From: Parachlamydiales bacterium
GTDB lineage: Bacteria > Chlamydiota > Chlamydiia > Chlamydiales > JAFEGQ01
DNA: 64,000 bases
NCBI GenBank assembly: GCA_050250135.1
Contig: JBFWPF010000003.1
Location: 3,142-67,141 of the forward strand
Direction of reading: 5' to 3'
How positions within the stretch are numbered: position 1 is the stretch's first letter; each line of letters opens with the position of its first letter. The position numbers and the translations under genes are program-made. This document shows positions 46,368-56,025 of this stretch, one piece after another. The notes below the pieces were generated by a model. It was not told where the DNA came from. It saw nothing but the letters and a program-made list of their open reading frames with translations, and made no database searches.

Positions 46368-46524
46368 CCCCTGATTGCGACCTATCGTCCAGGGGGCGCG
46401 GCAGATGGTGGTCAGATAGCGCACATCGTGACAAGGCCAGGTCTTTAGACCTGGGTGCGGAGGGATGTGTGCTAGATGGCCCCCAGCTGTCGATGCCCTC
46501 TGGACGATAGGTCGCAATCAGGGG
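46368..46524 (+). repeat. Family-A element, copy A4 (157 bp)
   Basis: It has near-perfect 23-bp TIRs and is nearly identical to A1 across the interior. Confidence 0.9.
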
Positions 46525-46580
46525 TCTGAAGGAACGGGCCCTAGATACCCACGACCTTTTCGATAGGAGTGAAGCTGGCG

Positions 46581-47045
46581 TCAGGAGGGAGTAGCCAAAG
46601 CCTTGCAAAACCCTTCGCAGGCCTCTTCGAGCATATCGAGGGCAAGCTCAAAGTCCTCCTCGGTCCCGTGGTAGGGGTCGGGGATATCCTGGTTGGGCCA
46701 CTTCGAGGAGAAGTCGCCGATGAGGTAGAGGTGGTCGGTCGGGTAGTCCCCCTCTGCCCGCCTCACAATCTCAGCAAGGATAGAGCGGTCGGCGGCGAGA
46801 ATGTAATCGAAGTGCTCAAAGAAATCGGGGTGGAAGACGGCAGCACGGCTCTTTAGGTCGAGCCCCCGCTTTTTGGCCGCCTTGCGCATCCGGGGATCGG
46901 GCAGCTTCCCCAAATGCCAGTCACCTAGCGCGCAGCTGGCCACTTCGAGATCGAGCCCCCGCTCCTTTGCCATCCGCTCCAAAATCCCCTGCCCGGCTGG
47001 TGATCTGCAGATATTCCCTAGGCAGACAAAGAGGACGCGGGTCAT
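46581..47045 (-). CDS. Low-molecular-weight protein-tyrosine phosphatase
   Basis: The P-loop is VLFVCLGNICRSP (CX5R-S) and the DPY loop reads IPDPYHG. The start overlaps the kinase stop (ATGA). Confidence 0.9.
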   Translation of the reverse strand: MTRVLFVCLGNICRSPAGQGILERMAKERGLDLEVASCALGDWHLGKLPDPRMRKAAKKRGLDLKSRAAVFHPDFFEHFDYILAADRSILAEIVRRAEGDYPTDHLYLIGDFSSKWPNQDIPDPYHGTEEDFELALDMLEEACEGFCKALATPS

Positions 47046-48877
47046 GCGGCGCTCCGCGCGCAGCGGAAGCCGTAGGTGCTGTTAGCGGTGCCTGGGTTGT
47101 TCCGGTGGCGGTGAGAGGTGCGCAGGTCCTCGGTAAGGCTCTTCCAACACCCCCCTCGAAGGACCCGGTAGACCCCCTGGTGGGGCCCCATCGGATTGTC
47201 GGGCTCTTGCGCCGAGACATCGTAGTAGTTGTACTCATACCAGTCTTGGCACCACTCGTAGACATTCCCCGACATATCGTAGAGGTCATATCCGTTGGGA
47301 GGGTAGCTCTTTACCGCGGTGGTGTCCGAGCTAAAGAAGTTGGCCTGGCTCTTTTCGATTCTATCGCCCGTTGCGTAGTCGTGCCCCTCCTCGCCCCCTT
47401 TAGCGGCGATCTCCCACTCGGCCTCGGTCGGCAGCCGCTTGCCCACCCAGCTAGCATAGGCAACGGCTCCATACCAGGTCACCCCCACAACGGGGTGCTT
47501 GGAGTAGCCCGACTCGATCATCATCCGTCCCCCACTCTTCCGGATCCGAGACTCCTTGAGGACCAAAAGGTCGTGGTAGTCGGGCCCCTTCTCCCCCCCC
47601 ATATACTCGAGGAAGAGGGCAAACTGCTCGTTGGTAACAGGGTGGACATCAATGGCAAAGCTGTCGACATGGATCTTGTGGCACGGCATCTCGTCGCGGC
47701 TCCCCCCGTTGCTGCCCCGAATGTAGGTCCCTGCTGGAATCACCACCTCATCGGTCATAATCGGCTCAACGTTCTTGACCTCTTTCGGCTCAGGCCGGTA
47801 GGGGGTCACCTGAGGGGTGTGCTCAAAGGGGAGGGTCACCCGGGGGGGCTCTAGCTTCGCCGGCACCACGGGGGCCACAAGGGGCTTTGCCTTGACCAGC
47901 TGCTGGGCCCTAGCGACCGGTGCCTCGACCGCTTTAAGAGGGACGCGAACCCCCTGCTCCACCTCATCCAGGATATCGAGGAGGCACTCGGGCCGCTTAG
48001 CCGGATCGCTCTGGAGGCACCCCTGGACCAGCGCATCCCAGTCTAGCTTCCAGTCGGGGACAACTTCTGAGGGCATCGGAAAGACCCCCTCAGGCAACTT
48101 GCCTGTGATCATCCAATAGGCCAATACCCCAAAGGCGTACATGTCGGCCCGGGCCGTAACAGGGGTCCCCTCGATGATCCGCTTTTGCTCGGGGGCTAGG
48201 TAGGTGTAGCTCTGCAAAAAGGACTGGTGGAGTTGGGTCAATTTCTTCCCCTCCACCGCTGTGTAGGCCCCTGTGGAGACCCCCTCAATCCCCAGCGCCT
48301 CCGCTACCGTCGCATAGAGACGGGTGAGCACACTGCCGACCCCAATCACCTTCGAGAGGCCAAAGTCGGAGAGGGTGAACTGAAGCCCCGACCTCTCCCG
48401 ACCCACCAGGATGTTGCTCGGCTTAAGGCCTCGGTGGATCAACGCCCCCTCCCCTGCTGCCTTCTCGTGGGCATAGTCGAGAGCATCGGCGATTTGGCGG
48501 AGCATCGCCAAAAGTTCCTCCTCACTGAGCCTCCCTTCGGTGGACACGTACTGGCTAAGGTTTGTCGACTCGCCAATTGAATCGACCACACAGTCGGTGA
48601 CCAGAAAGTAGAGCCCCTGGTCGTAGGAGACATTGTGGATCTTTACGATGTGGGGGTGTTCGAGGGTGGCCAGCTGCTTGACCTCCTCTTCGAAGCGGGC
48701 GATAAAGGCACGATCCCCTGCCAACTCTTTCGGAAGCACCTTGAGAACGTGCTGCCGCTTCATATAGCGGTGCTCAGCTAGGTAGACGGTGCCGAGCGAG
48801 CCCTGCCCGATTTGCTTGATGACGGTGTAATCGCCGAGTGCCTTGAGTGACATGGAGCCTTCCGGGGATAGTGACAA
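47042..48877 (-). CDS. pkn1: Ser/Thr protein kinase fused to a C-terminal FGE-sulfatase (SUMF1-like) domain, Pkn1-type
   Basis: Hanks kinase motifs are present: GQGSLGTVY, VLK, HRGLKPSNIL, DFG and APE. The C-terminus has VTWYGAVAYASWVGKRLPTEAEWE and RVLRGGCW..GFRCA. As I recall, this architecture is that of chlamydial Pkn1. Confidence 0.85.
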   Translation of the reverse strand: MSLSPEGSMSLKALGDYTVIKQIGQGSLGTVYLAEHRYMKRQHVLKVLPKELAGDRAFIARFEEEVKQLATLEHPHIVKIHNVSYDQGLYFLVTDCVVDSIGESTNLSQYVSTEGRLSEEELLAMLRQIADALDYAHEKAAGEGALIHRGLKPSNILVGRERSGLQFTLSDFGLSKVIGVGSVLTRLYATVAEALGIEGVSTGAYTAVEGKKLTQLHQSFLQSYTYLAPEQKRIIEGTPVTARADMYAFGVLAYWMITGKLPEGVFPMPSEVVPDWKLDWDALVQGCLQSDPAKRPECLLDILDEVEQGVRVPLKAVEAPVARAQQLVKAKPLVAPVVPAKLEPPRVTLPFEHTPQVTPYRPEPKEVKNVEPIMTDEVVIPAGTYIRGSNGGSRDEMPCHKIHVDSFAIDVHPVTNEQFALFLEYMGGEKGPDYHDLLVLKESRIRKSGGRMMIESGYSKHPVVGVTWYGAVAYASWVGKRLPTEAEWEIAAKGGEEGHDYATGDRIEKSQANFFSSDTTAVKSYPPNGYDLYDMSGNVYEWCQDWYEYNYYDVSAQEPDNPMGPHQGVYRVLRGGCWKSLTEDLRTSHRHRNNPGTANSTYGFRCARSAA

Positions 48878-48911
48878 TCCCCCTCAGACTAGATAAAGGA
48901 GGAGAAAAAGG

Positions 48912-49103
48912 CTACTCTTCCTCCTCCCTCTCCTCAGGAAGCTCTACGCCGTTGAAGGCCTCGATAAGGGTGGTAATCCCCTCAGGGAAGCCAATCCGCT
49001 TGAGCTGCGAATCAAAGTCGGTATACCAACTCTCAAAAGCATCAAGCTTCGCCTCCAAACGGGCAACCTTACCTAATAGGACCTGCTTTTCGGATTGTTC
49101 CAT
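48912..49103 (-). CDS. Hypothetical small (63 aa) helical acidic protein, first gene of the kinase operon
   Basis: GGGAGAGG precedes the ATG. Codon third positions are moderately GC-rich. I recognise no motif. Confidence 0.45.
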   Translation of the reverse strand: MEQSEKQVLLGKVARLEAKLDAFESWYTDFDSQLKRIGFPEGITTLIEAFNGVELPEEREEEE

Positions 49104-49152
49104 TTTTCCTCTCCCTAAGAAAACCCAACACCACTATTAAACCATAAAAGCA

Positions 49153-49181
49153 TTGACAACTGATTAACTATTAGTTAATTA
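49153..49181 (+). promoter_or_regulatory. Candidate promoter/operator: TTGACA hexamer followed by the palindrome TTAACTA-T-TAGTTAA
   Basis: TTGACA lies at 49153-49158. The perfect 7-1-7 palindrome lies at 49164-49178 in the AT-rich divergent gap, about 70 nt upstream of the ferredoxin start. The -10 assignment is ambiguous. Confidence 0.3.
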
Positions 49182-49250
49182 TCCTTAATAATTATATTAC
49201 TACAAACCAAAGGGTTGCGTTAATTCTCCCCCTCTGGCACCCTCTCCCCT

Positions 49251-49514
49251 ATGGGCAAGCTGATATTCGAAGATACGGGCGAAGAGGCCGAACTCCCTGA
49301 GGGAGAGCGGATCCAGGAGGCGTGCGAGGAGGCGGGGATCCCCTTTGCCTGCACCGAAGGGATCTGCGGCACCTGCTGCATCGAGGTGACCGAGGGGATG
49401 GAGAACCTATCCGACTATACGGAAGCCGAACAGGACTTTCTCGGAGACCTTGATTTTGAACGGCTTGCGTGTCAGTGCCAGATAAAAAACGGTACTGTAA
49501 GAATCAAATTTTGA
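49251..49514 (+). CDS. 2Fe-2S ferredoxin-like protein
   Basis: The Cys pattern is C-x4-C-x2-C ... C (ACTEGICGTCCIEV ... LACQC). Confidence 0.75.
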   Translation: MGKLIFEDTGEEAELPEGERIQEACEEAGIPFACTEGICGTCCIEVTEGMENLSDYTEAEQDFLGDLDFERLACQCQIKNGTVRIKF

Positions 49515-49521
49515 GGGACTT

Positions 49522-50079
49522 ATGACTATTACCCGCACGCTAACCATTGATCAGATCTTCGAGCTCTTCCCTTCTAAGGCACAGAAGTTAGCTGGCGAGA
49601 TGTCCAACACGGGGCTCCAGTGTGTGGGGTGCCATGCGGCCACTTGGGAGACCCTAGAGGCGGGGATGTATGGGCATGGGTTTGAGGATGGGGAGATCGA
49701 CGCCCTCGTTGACCGGCTTAACGCCATTCTGGCTGAGGAGGAGGCTCCTGCGGATACAATCACCTTGACCAAGCGGGCTGCCGACAAGTACCGGCAGATC
49801 CTGGCGGCAGAGGGGAAGGCGGGTTGGGGAATCCGCCTCTCTGAGAAGGCGGCCGGTTGTCACGGCTTTGAGCATGCGCTCGACTATTCGGAGAGGGCTA
49901 AAGAGGGGGACGAGACCTTCGTTTCGGAGGGGGTTGAGGTCCATGTTGACCAGGCTTACGCCGACCGCCTTCTGGGCTGTGAGATCGACTACGTCGACGG
50001 CCTCCAGGGCTCTGGCTTTAAGATCAGCAATCCCAACGTCCGCTCCTCTTGCGGCTGCGGCAGCTCCCACGGCTATTAA
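49522..50079 (+). CDS. Fusion of a DUF1858/redox-disulfide-like N-domain with a HesB/IscA-type Fe-S assembly domain
   Basis: The N-terminus (TIDQIFELFP..GLQCVGCHAATWETLE) is of the ScdA_N/DUF1858 type. The C-terminus (GIRLS..GCHGFEH..FKISNPNVRSSCGCGSS) is an IscA/HesB signature. Confidence 0.75.
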   Translation: MTITRTLTIDQIFELFPSKAQKLAGEMSNTGLQCVGCHAATWETLEAGMYGHGFEDGEIDALVDRLNAILAEEEAPADTITLTKRAADKYRQILAAEGKAGWGIRLSEKAAGCHGFEHALDYSERAKEGDETFVSEGVEVHVDQAYADRLLGCEIDYVDGLQGSGFKISNPNVRSSCGCGSSHGY

Positions 50080-50088
50080 CCCGACTTG

Positions 50089-50622
50089 CTAGGGCGTGTA
50101 ATCAATTGTCTTTCCCTTTTGTCCGTCGGATATTGGCCCTCCCCTTCGACTCAGGACATCTGCGAAGTCTGTGCCAGCTGTTCATTGCCTACCCTCAAGG
50201 TGATTAGAGAATTTTACCACAGAGGGCACAGAGGTGATCTTATTCCTTCGGAATAAGCCCACACAGCTGCTCCCCAGGGGGAGGCCCCTGGGGAGCAATC
50301 CCAGCGTTCCCATCGCCTATTTACTGAAGCATTAACGTAGGGCGGGCTATTTTGTCCCCCGGGCCATCCCCGGGGGACAGGCTGCTTAGGCCTATTCCGG
50401 AGGAATGGGCCTAAACTAGGGGCCGTGGCCCCATGGACATCCGATTTGCCTCCTACACCCCCTCTGTGCCTCTCTGTGCCCTCTGTGGTAAAATCCTATC
50501 TGAATCGTCAGTCACACTTTGCAGATGTCCTGGCTTTGGCCCTCCCCTTCGACTCGGAAACATCCCTGGAAACCCCCTTTCTCTCTGGATATCAAGGACA
50601 TTTAATTGATTACACGCCCTAG
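50089..50622. repeat. Family-C element, copy C2, carrying a nested family-B insertion
   Basis: The TIRs are CTAGGGCGTGTAATCAATT and AATTGATTACACGCCCTAG. The interior outside 50152-50532 matches C1. Confidence 0.8.
50152..50532 (-). repeat. Family-B element, copy B2 (381 bp, inverted relative to B1, with ~67 extra bp)
   Basis: It has the same outer TIR and inner CACAGAG inverted repeats and hairpins as B1. It is flanked by the 18-nt direct repeat GGCCCTCCCCTTCGACTC (50135-50152 and 50538-50555). Confidence 0.9.
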
Positions 50623-50742
50623 TTACTAATGCCTTTTCTCCGGCGGGCATTCGCTCCCAGCGCTGTTTCTTTGCCTTGCAAATGCCCTGCGGCTCAGAAC
50701 CGGCTCTATTGTGGCGCGATGGCGCACATCGCGGCCAGGGCA

Positions 50743-52365
50743 CTAGGGCTGGCGCTTTCCTCCCACGGTCACCTTCTCTCCGTTGAAGCGGGTAAAGGTG
50801 TAGCCCTGGAACGACTCGTTAAAGAGGAATGAGTTGTTGTTGAGCACATCGATAGCGATCTGCTCCCCCAGGTTCATCCCATCAAAGCCATCGCTCCTGT
50901 AGTGGACACCAGCGTGGTCCCTCCCAAGGGCAATATTGGCCGCAAGCTTGTTCAGCTCTCCCCCAACGGTGAGCGGAGTGCCCACATAAGCTTGCAAAGC
51001 GGTATTCGTCGCATCGGGCTCTAGCGGCACTGGGATAATGAAGTTCTCATTGAAGAGGGCTTTGAGGATCGTGACCGCTGCCCCGATAAAGGTGGCGTGC
51101 CCTGCGGGGTAGGCGGGGTGGACCGGACTCCCCTCAGGGTAGGCGCCAGCCAGGAAATAGGAGCCAAAAGCGGAAAAGATGAGGGGTAGGGCCGATGAGC
51201 TAAGGAGCTGTGAGTTGATCCCCAGGCTGGCTCCATTAACCAGCGTCTCCTGCACGTAAAAGCCATATTCCTCGGGGCGGAGGCGCCGGTTGACCTCCCA
51301 CTTATGGTACCAAGCGGCCTGCAACCCCTCCTGAACCGCCTCCTGCATCAGGGCGATAAACTGCCCGATACCAAAGGTCACAAACCCATCTTGGGTCGCA
51401 TTGGTGAGGTAGGGATTGGCGGGGTTGAGGGCAGCAGGCCCATAGCTGTTTAGGATCAGCAGTGCCGAGAAGGCGGCAAGGCCTGGTGTGTCGCGGTGGA
51501 CAAATTCGGTCAGATCGCGCGGGGTTCGGATAAACGTAGGGGTCGGGTCGAACATGATGAGCAAACCGGTATCCCCACCTGTGACCACATCAAACCAATT
51601 GGGGAACGTGTAGTTGAAGTCGTTCACAATCGTCGGAACGGTGAGGTCGCTTGGGAGCGGCACCTGAAAGGACTGGGGAAGGGTGGCTGCGCCGTAGGGG
51701 ATGTTCTGATAGAGAAACTGGGAGATGTAAGGGCCCACCAAGTCTCCCGGCGTATTCCCCCTCAGAAAGGTGCCAGGAGTCACCATCCCTCCCACCTTCG
51801 GCCCGCGGAAATCGGTCAGGGTGCTGAGGTCCATAGTAGCCGCGGTAACGGTAGCGTTGCTACCGAACTCATTAAAGGGGACATCCCGCACAAGGACGGT
51901 CCAGTAGAGCTCGACCATCTCACCTGCCGTTTGGGCAGAGGCAAAGGTGGGCGCCGGAGGAATGACCCTCAGCCACGAGTCGTTTCCAGGCAGGGAAAAG
52001 GCAAGAGCTGCCTGGGGATTAACCAGCCGAAAAATCCCCTGCCCGATCTCAATCGCATCGTAGTCGGTCTGAGTGCCGGTAGAGACCGCCCTCACCAGGG
52101 AATCGTAAGCGGGCACATCGGGATAGCCCGAGACGAGGTGGTCGAGCCCCTTGTTGAAATTGCCCCGCCGGTCGGCGTAGCGCTGTTGATCCCCGTTGAA
52201 CTCCTGGGCGGGCTCGGGCTGCCCCTCATCAAAGCCGGCAACCGCCGCTTTGACGGTGTGGGCCTCCACCTGCCGCTGCCCCCGTTGGATGTCGAAGAAC
52301 CCCTTGTCGGAAATGGCCGACACGGCGAGGGGCATCAGCAATACAGTGCTTACGAAAAGGCGCAT
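50743..52365 (-). CDS. Secreted PAP2-superfamily protein, vanadium-dependent haloperoxidase-like
   Basis: A signal peptide MRLFVSTVLLMPLAVSA is present. The motifs are K-x7-RP (KWEVNRRLRP), PAGH (HPAYPAGHATF) and R-x5-H-x3-D (GRDHAGVHYRSD). Confidence 0.7.
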   Translation of the reverse strand: MRLFVSTVLLMPLAVSAISDKGFFDIQRGQRQVEAHTVKAAVAGFDEGQPEPAQEFNGDQQRYADRRGNFNKGLDHLVSGYPDVPAYDSLVRAVSTGTQTDYDAIEIGQGIFRLVNPQAALAFSLPGNDSWLRVIPPAPTFASAQTAGEMVELYWTVLVRDVPFNEFGSNATVTAATMDLSTLTDFRGPKVGGMVTPGTFLRGNTPGDLVGPYISQFLYQNIPYGAATLPQSFQVPLPSDLTVPTIVNDFNYTFPNWFDVVTGGDTGLLIMFDPTPTFIRTPRDLTEFVHRDTPGLAAFSALLILNSYGPAALNPANPYLTNATQDGFVTFGIGQFIALMQEAVQEGLQAAWYHKWEVNRRLRPEEYGFYVQETLVNGASLGINSQLLSSSALPLIFSAFGSYFLAGAYPEGSPVHPAYPAGHATFIGAAVTILKALFNENFIIPVPLEPDATNTALQAYVGTPLTVGGELNKLAANIALGRDHAGVHYRSDGFDGMNLGEQIAIDVLNNNSFLFNESFQGYTFTRFNGEKVTVGGKRQP

Positions 52366-52377
52366 AAAACTCTCCCT

Positions 52378-53133
52378 TTAGAAAATGGTGCCCACGAGAA
52401 CCCGCAAACCGGCACTCCACCGCTCGAGGCGGGGGATCACCAAGGGGGCCTCTACCGAGTTCAAAACCCGAACTCGGCCAAACCGGTTGTAGTCAAAGAA
52501 GGGAACGAGGCGGAAGGTCATATGGCGACATTTCCACCACGGCAGGATAAAGTCCCTCCTGAAGGGGAGCTGCACCCGAAAGGCATAGCCCCAGTGAGGG
52601 TCAAGGTTAAGCCCAACCAGACGGAGGTTGTCATAGACATCGGGGCGGAACTCAAACTGAAGGGCCCCCTCCCATCCACAAAACTCCCGCATTAGGTAGA
52701 AGCCCACCGGGATGAAGAGCTTGTCGTATTGGTAGAGGAGATTGGCCTGCCCCGGGTCTTGTCGGTTCTCAAACCGATCCCACCCAAAGCCCACGTAGGG
52801 GATAAACCAAGAGGAGCAAAAGAGGCACCCCCTTCCCACCTGGAGCTCCACAAAGTACTCCGCCAGCGAGCTCCTCTGGCAAGGCACCCCTGTGATCCTT
52901 CCGGCGTTCCAGGTCCCCTCGAAATTGAGGTTGCTAAAGTAGCGACCACACTGGGCTGTGAGGCCGGTCGTCACCCCTCCCTGGTACCCCTCTAGATCGG
53001 AGGGGTTATTGAACTTGAGGTGGGTGTAGTTGAAATGGGGTCCAGCGTAGATCTCATACTCGACCCGCGCCGATAGGCCCGTTGCAAGGGCACAGAGTGC
53101 TGGAACCAGCCAGCGTCTTAGTGAAATCTTCAT
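52378..53133 (-). CDS. Putative outer-membrane beta-barrel protein
   Basis: The signal MKISLRRWLVPALCALATGLSA starts at ATG 53133. Aromatic/polar strands alternate, and the C-terminal residue is Phe (..LVGTIF). Confidence 0.5.
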   Translation of the reverse strand: MKISLRRWLVPALCALATGLSARVEYEIYAGPHFNYTHLKFNNPSDLEGYQGGVTTGLTAQCGRYFSNLNFEGTWNAGRITGVPCQRSSLAEYFVELQVGRGCLFCSSWFIPYVGFGWDRFENRQDPGQANLLYQYDKLFIPVGFYLMREFCGWEGALQFEFRPDVYDNLRLVGLNLDPHWGYAFRVQLPFRRDFILPWWKCRHMTFRLVPFFDYNRFGRVRVLNSVEAPLVIPRLERWSAGLRVLVGTIF

Positions 53134-53266
53134 GTGCAAGGAGTCTGCACGTCCCACTAAAAGCAGGCAAGAAAAAAGTTTAAATCACTTATAATAAGTC
53201 ACTTATAACATACGTTGACCGAAATTTATCTTTCCTTTAAAATAAAAGGAGATTGGAGGTGACCCG

Positions 53267-55794
<2,528 letters not shown>

Positions 55795-55800
55795 AAGACC

Positions 55801-55995
55801 GCAGAGAGCACAGAGGCGGCCCTACTCTTCCGGAATGGGCCTAGGATAGCCCACCGGACAAAATAACCCTAATGCAGGAATAGATATTCGATGGGAACGG
55901 TGGGATTGCTCCCCAGGGGCTCTCCCCCTGGGGAGCAGGCATGCGATCTTATTCCATAGGAATAAGATGGCCTCTGTGCCTCTCTGTGGTAAAAT
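55801..55995 (+). repeat. Family-B element, partial copy B3 (inner part only, no outer TIRs)
   Basis: It shares GGGATTGCTCCCCAGGGGCTCTCCCCCTGGGGAGCAG, CTTATTCCATAGGAATAAG and CCTCTGTGCCTCTCTGTGGTAAAAT with B1. Confidence 0.8.
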
Positions 55996-56025
55996 AATTC
56001 CCGTGAACGCGCCATACCTATTGCC

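Noticed and set aside
51496-52695. 399-aa plus-strand track ORF
   Set aside because: It is antisense to the haloperoxidase-like and barrel genes, which carry clear motifs and signal peptides. The composition is Gly/Arg/Pro-rich and low in complexity.
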